From: Chloroflexota bacterium
GTDB taxonomy: Bacteria > Chloroflexota > Anaerolineae > J036 > Brachytrichaceae
DNA length: 64,000 nucleotides
Assembly: GCA_018969115.1 (NCBI GenBank)
Contig: JAGWYZ010000001.1
Span: 304-64,303, forward strand
Direction of reading: 5' to 3'
In this document: positions 56,177-64,000 of the stretch, one piece after another
Position numbering within the stretch: the first letter of the stretch is position 1
How the letters are laid out: the number at the start of each line of letters is the position of its first letter
Position numbers and translations under genes: made by a program
The notes under the pieces: model-generated
What the model was told of the DNA's origin: nothing
Database searches by the model: none
What the model saw: the letters and a program-made list of their open reading frames with translations, nothing else

Positions 56177-56764
56177 ATGATGGCAAATAAAGTTAAGTTG
56201 GCAACGGTGTGGCTGGGCGGATGTTCGGGCTGTCATATGTCATTTCTCGATCTTGATGAATGGTTGTTTGATTTGGCGCAACAGGTCGAGTTGGTATTTA
56301 GCCCGATCGCCGATGTAAAAATCTTCCCCGAAGGGGTAGATGTGGCATTGATTGAGGGGGCCGTCGCCAACGAAGATAACTTTGCTTTGGTTAAACGCGC
56401 ACGGGCGTGCAGCAAAATGATCATTTCGTTTGGCGATTGTGCCGTGACTGGCAATGTTACCGCCTTGCGCAATATATTGGGGCCAAATAACGTCGAGCAA
56501 GTCTTACAACGGGCGTATCACGATGTGCAAAATTTGCAGCCACAATCGCCCCGATTTGTGGTCGAAGATTGTGCTACAAACACCTTGCATGAGATCGTGC
56601 CACCCTTGCTGCCGCAAGTGCTGCCCGTTCATGCGGTGGTGCCGGTCGATGTGTATTTGCCGGGCTGCCCGCCCCCAGCCCCACGAATTCGGGCCGTGTT
56701 AACGCAATTGTTAGCGGGCAACACTCCCCAAATGATTGGGCGTGAGATGTTGAAGTTTGGGTAG
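56177..56764 (+). CDS. hoxY: [NiFe]-hydrogenase small subunit HoxY
   Basis: [26 protein letters not shown] at 56177. Confidence 0.9.
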   Translation: MMANKVKLATVWLGGCSGCHMSFLDLDEWLFDLAQQVELVFSPIADVKIFPEGVDVALIEGAVANEDNFALVKRARACSKMIISFGDCAVTGNVTALRNILGPNNVEQVLQRAYHDVQNLQPQSPRFVVEDCATNTLHEIVPPLLPQVLPVHAVVPVDVYLPGCPPPAPRIRAVLTQLLAGNTPQMIGREMLKFG

Positions 56765-56766
56765 TT

Positions 56767-58200
56767 ATGTCAAAAACTATTTTAATTGACCCTGTATCGC
56801 GGATCGAAGGCCATGCCAAAATCACAATTTATTTGGATGAAACCGGCGCGGTCAATGATGCGCGTTTTCATGTGACCGAGTTTCGCGGTTTTGAAAAATT
56901 TTGCGAGGGGCGACCGGTGGGCGAAATGCCGAGCCTAACAGCGCGGATTTGTGGCATTTGCCCCGTTAGCCATTTGTTGGCCTCGGCCAAGGCTGGCGAC
57001 GATATTTTATCGGTGCGTATTCCCATTGCGGCCCAAAAGCTGCGGCGACTGATGAATTTGGGGCAAATTGTGCAATCTCATGCCCTCAGCTTCTTTCATC
57101 TCAGCGCACCCGATTTTTTGCTCGGTTTCGATTCACCACCCGCCCAACGCAACGTGTTTGGGCTAATGGCGGCGCAGCCCGACTTAGCGCGCGGCGGCAT
57201 TCGGCTGCGCCAATTTGGGCAAACCATTATTGAATTATTGGGCGGGCGCAAAATTCACCCGGCATGGGCCGTGCCCGGTGGCGTACGTAGTGGCATCGGC
57301 GATGACGAAATTAAACAAATACGCGAGCGCTTGCCCGAATCGATTGCGGTGGCGCAACAAGCGCTGCAATTGTATAAAACCTTGCTTGAAACTTACCACG
57401 AAGAAGCCAGCATTTTTGGCAATTTTCCCTCATTGTTTATGAGCTTGGTGGGCAAAGATGGCGCATGGGAGCATTATGATGGCGTATTGCGTATGGTGGA
57501 TAGCGCGGGTAAAACGCTGTGCGACATTGAGCCACATCATTATGCCGACACGTTGGGCGAGGCGGTTGAGGCGTGGAATTACCTCAAATACCCCTATTAC
57601 AAGCCGATGGGCTACCCCGACGGCATGTATCGGGTGGGGCCATTGGCGCGGTTGAATGTGTGTACGCATATCGGCACGCCTTTAGCCGATGCCGAGTTGC
57701 GCGAATTTAGACAACGGGTCGGCGTTGATGGCGTGGTCAGTTCGTCATTTCAATATCATTACGCACGGTTGATCGAAATCTTGGCTGGGCTAGAGCGCAT
57801 TGGCCTATTGCTCGACGACCCCGACCTGCGCTCGACCCATTTGCGGGCGGCAGCGGGCATTAACCAAACCGAGGGCGTGGGGATGAGCGAGGCCCCGCGT
57901 GGCACGCTCATTCATCATTATCAAGTTGATCAACACGGTTTGATCACACATATGAATTTGATCATTGCCACTGGGCAAAATAATTTGGCGATGAATCGCA
58001 CGGTCAAGCAAATCGCCCAACACTATATACGCCCCGCCCACCAAGCCAATGTGCCAGAGGGGATGCTCAACCGTATCGAGGCTGGCATACGCGCCTTTGA
58101 CCCCTGTCTCAGTTGCTCGACCCATGCTTTGGGGCAAATGCCGTTGCATGTGTCGGTGTTAGATGCCAATGGGCAAGTGGTGCACGAGAAAATGCGATGA
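56767..58200 (+). CDS. hoxH: [NiFe]-hydrogenase large subunit HoxH
   Basis: N-terminal [10 protein letters not shown] and C-terminal DPCLSCSTH Ni-binding motifs, with a cleavable C-terminal tail. Confidence 0.9.
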   Translation: MSKTILIDPVSRIEGHAKITIYLDETGAVNDARFHVTEFRGFEKFCEGRPVGEMPSLTARICGICPVSHLLASAKAGDDILSVRIPIAAQKLRRLMNLGQIVQSHALSFFHLSAPDFLLGFDSPPAQRNVFGLMAAQPDLARGGIRLRQFGQTIIELLGGRKIHPAWAVPGGVRSGIGDDEIKQIRERLPESIAVAQQALQLYKTLLETYHEEASIFGNFPSLFMSLVGKDGAWEHYDGVLRMVDSAGKTLCDIEPHHYADTLGEAVEAWNYLKYPYYKPMGYPDGMYRVGPLARLNVCTHIGTPLADAELREFRQRVGVDGVVSSSFQYHYARLIEILAGLERIGLLLDDPDLRSTHLRAAAGINQTEGVGMSEAPRGTLIHHYQVDQHGLITHMNLIIATGQNNLAMNRTVKQIAQHYIRPAHQANVPEGMLNRIEAGIRAFDPCLSCSTHALGQMPLHVSVLDANGQVVHEKMR

Positions 58201-58640
58201 AAGTGGTGATTGGTTATGGCAGCACCTTGCATTCTGATGATGCGGTGGGCTGCCGCGTGGCTGAAATAGTACAGGCATGGCAATGGCACGAGGTGTTGGC
58301 CATTGCTACGCCGCAATTATTGCCCGAACACGCGGCGGCCTTGGCGCAAGCCGAGCTTGCGGTGTTTGTCGATGCCATCGATGACCCAGAGGCCAATGGC
58401 TGCGGCATCGATCGCCTCATACCCAATCTCGTACCCGATGCCGCGCCTGCCTCAAATCACTTTAGCAGCCCCCAAAATTTATTGGCGCTGACTCACAAAC
58501 TGTTTGGCGTTGCACCAATGGCCTATCAAGTGGCGATTCCGGGGCGCAATTTTGGCTTGGGGTTCGGGCTGTCATCGGTGGCGGCGCATGGCATCGAGAC
58601 GGCGTTGTGGGCGGTGAAGGGGTTGTGCGCAGCGGGTTAA
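58197..58640 (+). CDS. hoxW: Hydrogenase maturation endopeptidase HoxW
   Basis: [19 protein letters not shown] overlap with hoxH. Confidence 0.8.
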   Translation: MKVVIGYGSTLHSDDAVGCRVAEIVQAWQWHEVLAIATPQLLPEHAAALAQAELAVFVDAIDDPEANGCGIDRLIPNLVPDAAPASNHFSSPQNLLALTHKLFGVAPMAYQVAIPGRNFGLGFGLSSVAAHGIETALWAVKGLCAAG

Positions 58641-59426
58641 TTATGAACTGGCGCTGCCATAATGCCGCACGGCAAAACGCCAAAACAATACACAGCTTGT
58701 AAACGATACCACCGTAAAGCCAATGCCATACAAGGCTGTCCACAAATTGAGGCGACCCAATAAAGCCTCAGCAGGCACGGTCGAAATGAACGCTACCGGC
58801 ACAACAAACGAAATCACGATGCGCATTGGCGCTGGATAGGCGCTGGCGGGGTGACGGCCCGTCTCTAACAAGCCAAAAAACAACTCGGTCAGATTGTTGA
58901 TATTCACAATCCAAAATGCGCTGCTGGCGAGCATGATGACGAGCGAATACATCATTAACATGGCGGTGATAAATAGGCTAATGCAACTGAGCCATTGCCC
59001 AAGCGTGGGAGACCACTGCAATTGGTGCAAGGCATAGCCAATAATCACCAACCCCGACACTGCCGTAAACAAACGGTCAAATTTAAAGCGCCGAAAAGTG
59101 GCGTGCATTTGCGAGTTGATGGGTTTGGTCAGAATAAAATCCATCGTGCCTTTGCGAATGTGCTCGCCAAGTTCGCGAGTATTGGGCCACAAAAATGCAT
59201 CGTTAATGCCCCAACCGATATACACCAACCCAATCACGATCAAGGCTTCATAAAAGCTCCAACCGCCAATATTATCGGTAAAGGCGAATAAAAAGGCAAT
59301 GCCAGCCACCCCCCACACCAAATCAACCGTGCTCATCAACAATGCGCCCATAAAATTGGCGCGATACTCTAAATCGATGGCAAGGCTCGATTTGACAAAC
59401 AAGGACAATAATTTGAAATAACGCAT
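58641..59426 (-). CDS. ABC-2 type transporter permease (ABC2_membrane_6/DUF990-like)
   Basis: N-terminal ..SSLAIDLEYRANF.., 6 TM segments. Paralog of the upstream gene. Confidence 0.7.
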   Translation of the reverse strand: MRYFKLLSLFVKSSLAIDLEYRANFMGALLMSTVDLVWGVAGIAFLFAFTDNIGGWSFYEALIVIGLVYIGWGINDAFLWPNTRELGEHIRKGTMDFILTKPINSQMHATFRRFKFDRLFTAVSGLVIIGYALHQLQWSPTLGQWLSCISLFITAMLMMYSLVIMLASSAFWIVNINNLTELFFGLLETGRHPASAYPAPMRIVISFVVPVAFISTVPAEALLGRLNLWTALYGIGFTVVSFTSCVLFWRFAVRHYGSASS

Positions 59427-59435
59427 TTAAAAAAA

Positions 59436-59496
59436 GGGTGAAGGATGAAGGGTGAAGGATGAAGGCCTATTATTTCATCCTTCACCCTTCATCCTT
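59436..59496. repeat. GGRTGAA heptamer array and inverse forming a 20-bp hairpin between the two permease genes
   Basis: GGATGAAGGGTGAAGGATGA (59443-59462) pairs with TCATCCTTCACCCTTCATCC (59475-59494). In gene sense it is followed by T7, AA, then ATG. Confidence 0.9.
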
Positions 59497-59500
59497 TGCT

Positions 59501-60298
59501 TCAGGCTCCCACCGCGCCATAGCTGCGCAAACCGGCCCGCCACAGCAAGCGCGAGCCAATAAACATGGCGATAATCCAAACTGACGACACCGCCAGCCCA
59601 AAGATAATACGCTCGGGCGTGGCTCGCCCGATCAGAATCTCGACCGGCAAGCCGATGCTGATTTGAAAAGGCAACCATTGGGCAATGGCTTGGGCTTGGG
59701 GTGGCAGTAACGACATCGGCAGCAAAAAGCCGCCCAACAAAGTTTTGGCGAACCACCATACATCATGAATCCGCTGCACTTGCGTTGTCCAAAATGCCAA
59801 AGTGCCGGCAATATATTGCGCCAAAAATTCAAACCCAAAGCCGATGATAATGACGAACGCGAACAACAGTAAATTGAGCGGACGAATATCGAATTGTTGA
59901 CCCGGGATGAGCAAGGCGATGACACCCACCACCACGCCGATGATGATGGCGTTGTATAAGCGCACGGCGACCACTTTGGTAAAGATGTGATGGGCAAAAT
60001 CGAGTGGGCGCAGCAAAAACGGCGATAACTCGCCGGTGCGGATGCGGTCTTCGATATCGTGAATGATCCAGACGAAGTTGATGCGCCGCACCCATGCCAC
60101 CGCCAAATAATAGGCCACAAAGGCATTTTCGTCAAAGCCGTTTAAGCTGCGGCCTTTAGCAATATTGAGCCACACCCCCAGCATGATGAAGGGAAAAGTG
60201 CTGCTGAGAAACCACAAGATGATCTCGGCGCGGTATTCAACGGCCAATGACCAATTGGCCTTGAGCAAACGTGGGTAGGCGCGTAGGGTGGTAAACAT
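59501..60298 (-). CDS. ABC-2 type transporter permease (ABC2_membrane_6/DUF990-like)
   Basis: ..NWSLAVEYRAEI.., 6 TM segments. Confidence 0.7.
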   Translation of the reverse strand: MFTTLRAYPRLLKANWSLAVEYRAEIILWFLSSTFPFIMLGVWLNIAKGRSLNGFDENAFVAYYLAVAWVRRINFVWIIHDIEDRIRTGELSPFLLRPLDFAHHIFTKVVAVRLYNAIIIGVVVGVIALLIPGQQFDIRPLNLLLFAFVIIIGFGFEFLAQYIAGTLAFWTTQVQRIHDVWWFAKTLLGGFLLPMSLLPPQAQAIAQWLPFQISIGLPVEILIGRATPERIIFGLAVSSVWIIAMFIGSRLLWRAGLRSYGAVGA

Positions 60299-60315
60299 GA
60301 GGGGAATGATAACGG

Positions 60316-60738
60316 CTATGCCCAGCGAATTTTTACATCAGCCGCAACGACACGAAATTCTAAATCACCTGTGATTAACTCACATTGACGCTGTTTTGCC
60401 AATGCCGCCGCAAACGCGTCGGCATATGATAATCCACCTCGTGCCTTAAACGCAGCGGCTATTTTTGTCAAAGCCCAATCTGCACTGATAAATTGAACCC
60501 CAATCTTTTGTAAATCAGCAATGACTGCATCAGCATTTTTTATTGATTGCTCACGCGCAAAGATGTACCACACTTCGCCAATATTTACAACACTCATCAA
60601 CACATCGCCGCCCGTTTCTATGACATCGGCTATCCAATTCCCCACTTTTGCGCCGGTTGCTTCGTTTTGTAAATAGGCGATGACAGACCATGAGTCAAGC
60701 ACAATAGCGTTTGTCATCGCCGAACCGTTACCGGTCAC
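60316..60738 (-). CDS. vapC: PIN-domain toxin (VapC-like)
   Basis: IVLDSWSVIAYL.. PIN fold with acidic residues. Overlaps the antitoxin gene; alternative ATG at 60717. Confidence 0.8.
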   Translation of the reverse strand: MTGNGSAMTNAIVLDSWSVIAYLQNEATGAKVGNWIADVIETGGDVLMSVVNIGEVWYIFAREQSIKNADAVIADLQKIGVQFISADWALTKIAAAFKARGGLSYADAFAAALAKQRQCELITGDLEFRVVAADVKIRWA

Positions 60739-60982
60739 GCTCTTTCTCCTTTTCAGCCGCTAACGTGGTCAATAATGACTTGCCTTTATATTTACCGCAT
60801 AAGCTATTAATAAATTCTCGCGTCACCGGTGTCATAATAATTTGATTGGTTTGGGTATCGGCTTCAACAAGAAATCGCGTTCCTTCAATAATATTTAGTT
60901 TTTGCCGGATTAAGGCTGGGATTACAACTTGGCCTTTGGTTGTGGCAACCGTCTCACCATATATAATTGTAAATGTGTCCAT
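60728..60982 (-). CDS. AbrB/MazE/SpoVT-family antitoxin
   Basis: TTKGQVVIPALIRQKLNIIEGTRFLVE swapped-hairpin motif. ATG at 60982. Confidence 0.75.
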   Translation of the reverse strand: MDTFTIIYGETVATTKGQVVIPALIRQKLNIIEGTRFLVEADTQTNQIIMTPVTREFINSLCGKYKGKSLLTTLAAEKEKERDR

Positions 60983-61008
60983 CAAATGAATTGTAGCACT
61001 TTAACAAC

Positions 61009-61037
61009 ACATCTTACAAATCGTATTTGTAAGATGT
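61009..61037. promoter_or_regulatory. Candidate operator palindrome upstream of the antitoxin gene
   Basis: ACATCTTACAAA-TCGTA-TTTGTAAGATGT, 12-bp arms, 27-55 nt upstream of the antitoxin ATG. Confidence 0.4.
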
Positions 61038-61051
61038 ATTTTGCTTGATGC

Positions 61052-61201
61052 GTATCCTCTCAATAATTAAGGAGCCAAAAGACATAATGCCGAACTCACT
61101 ATCACTTCATATTTGAGACGGGCTTCGACTGCCTCAAACATGAAGTGATAGTGAGTTCGGCGAAACCTTATTTTAATTTCCCCAGTTTATTGAGAAGATA
61201 C
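61052..61201 (+). repeat. Family-1 MITE-like element, best-defined copy (TIR plus 8-bp flanking duplication)
   Basis: TIRs match 15/17. Flanks are CTTGATGC (61044-61051) and TTTGATGC (61202-61209). Core 61089-61161. Confidence 0.85.
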
Positions 61202-61374
61202 TTTGATGCTCATCTTAATAATGTCACCTTAGCCAAGGCATGGCAAGTTTTCGCCGATTTCACCATATGTTTTTGGATATGACATTGTTAAGTTATCTTA
61301 TGTTTATAGGACAAACACAAAAATACGAACAATATTATTACCTCTTCCCACAACTCAAGTAAAATCGCCCTGCT

Positions 61375-62403
61375 ATGAAAAATGTGCTCATTACGGGCGG
61401 GGCCGGGTTCATCGGGTCGAACTACGTGCGTCTTGCCTTACAAACTCATCTCGACTGGAATGTGGTCGTCTTCGACAAAATGACTTATGCCGGCAATCCC
61501 GATAACTTGACCGACATTGCCAAAGATTTTAAGGGGCGCTATAGCTTTGTGCGTGGCGACATTGCCGACCGCGAAGCGGTCTTTGGCGCGGTGCAAGACA
61601 ACAATATCGATATCATCATCAATTTTGCCGCCGACACCCATGTTGACCGCTCATTGATGGAGCCTGGGGCGTTCATCACCACTGACGTGTATGGCACATT
61701 TGTGCTGCTTGAAGCCGCCAAAGAATTTAAAGTGTCGCGCTATCATCAAATTAGTACCGACGAGGTGTATGGCGACATTGATGAGCCGAACCGCAGCCGT
61801 GAAGAAGATCGCTTGCATGGCAGCAGCCCCTATTCGGCTAGCAAAGCTGGTGGCGATTTAATGTGCTTGGCCTATTTCCGCTCGTTCAATGTGCCAGTCA
61901 CCATCACACGTGGCACCAACAATATTGGGCCATATCAATACCCCGAAAAAGTCGTGCCAGTGTTTGTCACCAATGCCATCGACAATTTGCCATTGCCGAT
62001 GTATGGCGATGGTCGCCAAATGCGCGATTATCAATATGTGCTTGACCACTGCGAGGGCATCGATGTGGTAGTGAATAAGGGCGTGCCAGGCGAGGTTTAT
62101 AACGTCGGCAGTGGGGTCGAAACCCGAAACATTGATGTGGCCCACGCTATTCTTGGTTTACTTGGCAAGCCACATTCGCTCATTCAACCCATCACCGACC
62201 GACCAGGCCACGACCGCCGTTATGCCATCGATAATAGCAAGGTGCGTGCGCTCGGTTGGACCCCCTCGCACACCTTTGCCCAAGCCATCGAGAAAACTGT
62301 CAAGTGGTATGTTGATAATGAATGGTGGTGGCGTAAAATCAAAACCGGCGAATACCTCGACTATTATCGCAAACAATATGCTGGGCGAGAAGTGAATAAG
62401 TAG
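61375..62403 (+). CDS. rfbB: dTDP-glucose 4,6-dehydratase
   Basis: TGGAGFIGSN, YSASKAGGD, typical length. Confidence 0.9.
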   Translation: MKNVLITGGAGFIGSNYVRLALQTHLDWNVVVFDKMTYAGNPDNLTDIAKDFKGRYSFVRGDIADREAVFGAVQDNNIDIIINFAADTHVDRSLMEPGAFITTDVYGTFVLLEAAKEFKVSRYHQISTDEVYGDIDEPNRSREEDRLHGSSPYSASKAGGDLMCLAYFRSFNVPVTITRGTNNIGPYQYPEKVVPVFVTNAIDNLPLPMYGDGRQMRDYQYVLDHCEGIDVVVNKGVPGEVYNVGSGVETRNIDVAHAILGLLGKPHSLIQPITDRPGHDRRYAIDNSKVRALGWTPSHTFAQAIEKTVKWYVDNEWWWRKIKTGEYLDYYRKQYAGREVNK

Positions 62404-62405
62404 AA

Positions 62406-62429
62406 AGTGCTGAGTGCTGAGTGCTGAGT
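62406..62429 (+). repeat. AGTGCTG heptamer array (x3.4)
   Basis: AGTGCTGAGTGCTGAGTGCTGAGT. 24 nt complementary to 62870-62893. Confidence 0.9.
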
Positions 62430-62442
62430 TGGAGAAGCGCGA

Positions 62443-62817
62443 ATGAGCAAAGTAACGCGGTTTGAAGAATTAATTGCTTGGCAAAAAGCAAGACAGTTGG
62501 CAAAAGATGTTTATATGGTGTCACAAAGTGGCAAGTTTGCTAGCGATTTCGGCTTGCGTGACCAAATCCAACGCGCCGTTGTTTCCATTATGGCAAACAT
62601 TGCTGAGGGATTTGAACGCAACCGCGCTGGTGAATTCCATCAATTTTTGTCGATTGCCAAAGCCTCATGCGCCGAAGTTCGTTCTCATCTTTACATCGCG
62701 TTTGATATTGGGGATATCGAGCAAGCTAAATTTGAAATGCTATTAACTCAAGCTGAAGAAGTGGGCCGTGTCATTGGTGGTCTACGCAGCGCCGTCTCTC
62801 GCACTCGTGACTCTTAA
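62443..62817 (+). CDS. Four-helix-bundle protein (23S rRNA intervening-sequence / Avd-like family)
   Basis: LIAWQKARQLAKDVY.., RDQIQRAVVSIMANIAEGFER, FLSIAKASCAEVRSHLYIA. GGAG SD. Confidence 0.8.
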   Translation: MSKVTRFEELIAWQKARQLAKDVYMVSQSGKFASDFGLRDQIQRAVVSIMANIAEGFERNRAGEFHQFLSIAKASCAEVRSHLYIAFDIGDIEQAKFEMLLTQAEEVGRVIGGLRSAVSRTRDS

Positions 62818-62821
62818 CTAT

Positions 62822-62893
62822 AGTGCTGAGGACTGAATGTTAAGTAAGAAGCCAAACTCAATACTTAGCACTCAGCACTCAGCACTCAGCACT
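62822..62893 (+). repeat. Short AGTGCTGAG plus inverse AGCACTC array (x3.8); local hairpin followed by T5
   Basis: AGTGCTGAG (62822-62830) and AGCACTC repeats (62867-62893), then TTTTT, then the ATG of rnz. Confidence 0.9.
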
Positions 62894-62897
62894 TTTT

Positions 62898-63839
62898 ATG
62901 TTTGAACTAACCTTTCTTGGCACAGCTGCCTCTGTCCCCTTGCCTCGTCGTGGGCTATCGTCGATGATCGTTTCACATGACGAGCATCGATTCATGGTCG
63001 ATTGTGGCGAAGGCACCCAACGGCAACTGCTGACCAGTGGGTTAGGGTTTCGGCGGCTGACCACCTTCCTGATTACGCATCCACATCTTGATCACTTTTT
63101 GGGTTTGGCGGGCATTATCAGCACGATGGCGCAGCTCGAAACAAGCGATAAATTATGTGTTTATGGCGGCAAAGCCACCCTCGACAAAATCGAAGATTTG
63201 CTTTACCGCGTGGTTTTTCGCGGGGTGCGCCCGCCGATGCGTATCGACCTGATCACCATCGTGGCAGGGCAAATTATCAAAGGCGAAGACTTTAATATTA
63301 CGGCGTTTCCGGTGCGGCATCGTGGGCCAGATTGCTTTGGCTATGTTTTTCAAGAACACACGCGCCGCCCGTTTTTAAATGAACAAGCCACCGCCCTCGG
63401 TGTACCAAATGGCCCAGAACGACGTAATTTGGTACGTGGCGAAGCAATTACCTTGGTTGATGGGCGCATCATTCGCCCCGAAGATGTGATGGGCGAGCTA
63501 CAACGTGGCATCAAATTGGTAATTACGGGTGATATGGGTGAGACTGAAAATGCACTACGGGTGTCGCAAGAGGCCGATGTGATTGTGACCGAGGCCACCT
63601 ATTGCGATATTGACCGCGATTTAGCGCGGCAACATGCCCACATCACCGCCGCCGAAGCTGCACGGCTGGCACGTGATGCCAATGCACGTAATTTGTTGCT
63701 GACGCATATCTCTGGACGCAACACCGAAAAAGCCATCAGTGATGAAGCCCGCGCCATTTTTGCCGACAGCCTCGTGGTGCGTGACTATGACAATTTCCGC
63801 ATCACCCGCGAAGGCATGGCACGGTTTAAGCTGGAATGA
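62898..63839 (+). CDS. rnz: Ribonuclease Z (metallo-beta-lactamase fold)
   Basis: FLGTAASVP, HPHLDH. 313 aa. Confidence 0.85.
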   Translation: MFELTFLGTAASVPLPRRGLSSMIVSHDEHRFMVDCGEGTQRQLLTSGLGFRRLTTFLITHPHLDHFLGLAGIISTMAQLETSDKLCVYGGKATLDKIEDLLYRVVFRGVRPPMRIDLITIVAGQIIKGEDFNITAFPVRHRGPDCFGYVFQEHTRRPFLNEQATALGVPNGPERRNLVRGEAITLVDGRIIRPEDVMGELQRGIKLVITGDMGETENALRVSQEADVIVTEATYCDIDRDLARQHAHITAAEAARLARDANARNLLLTHISGRNTEKAISDEARAIFADSLVVRDYDNFRITREGMARFKLE

Positions 63840-63841
63840 AT

Positions 63842-63940
63842 AATGGTTAATGGTCAATGGTTAATGGTTAATGATTAATGGTCAATGGTCAATGGTCAAT
63901 GGTTAATGGTTAATTGATCATTAACCATTAACCATTAACC
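63842..63940 (+). repeat. AATGGTY heptamer array (x10) with 3 inverse copies; terminal hairpin
   Basis: Ten tandem AATGGTT/AATGGTC units (63842-63911), centre TGATC, ATTAACC x3 (63920-63940). Confidence 0.9.
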
Positions 63941-64000
63941 ACTAATTTAGTATCCTGAGGTCGCCGAGGCGACAGCGTTGATGTTGACTTCGAAGGTTTG

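Noticed and set aside
33856-58640. A single hydrogenase or carotenoid accessory island spanning hypF to hoxW
   Set aside because: The intervening 16 kb is a mix of unrelated housekeeping and miscellaneous genes on both strands. No compositional break or boundary repeats specific to such an island were seen.
62443-62817. Diversity-generating retroelement, because the gene belongs to the Avd-like four-helix-bundle family
   Set aside because: No reverse transcriptase ORF and no template/variable repeat pair are visible anywhere in the window. Stand-alone members of this family are common.
63842-63940. Possible CRISPR array (also considered for the repeated palindromes at 51872-52176 and 31945-32117)
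   Set aside because: The repeats are contiguous 7-nt units with no unique spacers. The palindromic elements are dispersed single copies with conserved flanks. No cas genes are present in the window.

Overview
This looks like a chromosomal 64-kb segment, with no obvious plasmid or phage features, from a bacterium whose GC content looks moderate by eye. The gene content includes an Asp23-NusB pair, TsaE/TsaB, G5/3D and VanW wall proteins, CrtI-CrtB and a cyanobacterial-type HoxEFUYHW operon. That mix would fit a terrabacterial lineage such as a filamentous Chloroflexota, but this is a guess I cannot verify here.

I can support about 62 protein genes:
- Housekeeping genes: folC, rpmF, fabD/fabG, nusB, a tat pair, rimO, tsaEB, recG, sodA, rsmG, aroE, coaE, glpD, rfbB and rnz.
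- crtI-crtB and hypF.
- A complete NAD-linked bidirectional [NiFe]-hydrogenase operon, directly preceded by a DHOD-like flavoprotein gene.
- Two PIN/antitoxin pairs.
- One tRNA-Arg(CCG).
- An intact IS1-family element with an A8 frameshift site, an IS4-family remnant and several decayed genes.

The unusual content is mostly non-coding:
1. A ~150-bp MITE-like family occurs at 9 or more intergenic sites. Its long central palindrome differs between copies but stays self-complementary within each copy.
2. A second ~110-bp multi-hairpin element has three copies that keep the same architecture with different sequence.
3. Six different tandem heptanucleotide repeat families (STRR-like) form hairpins at cistron boundaries. 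They often end 0-9 nt from the next start codon, where no Shine-Dalgarno sequence is visible. One pair brackets an Avd/IVS-type four-helix-bundle gene.

Protein-level oddities are the DHOD-like/Hox coupling, an operon of two apparent pseudoenzymes with glpD, a divergent FtsH paralog and orphan ABC permeases. I saw no CRISPR array, rRNA, prophage, reverse transcriptase or recognisable multi-gene defence island. All alignments were done by eye and nothing was searched against databases.
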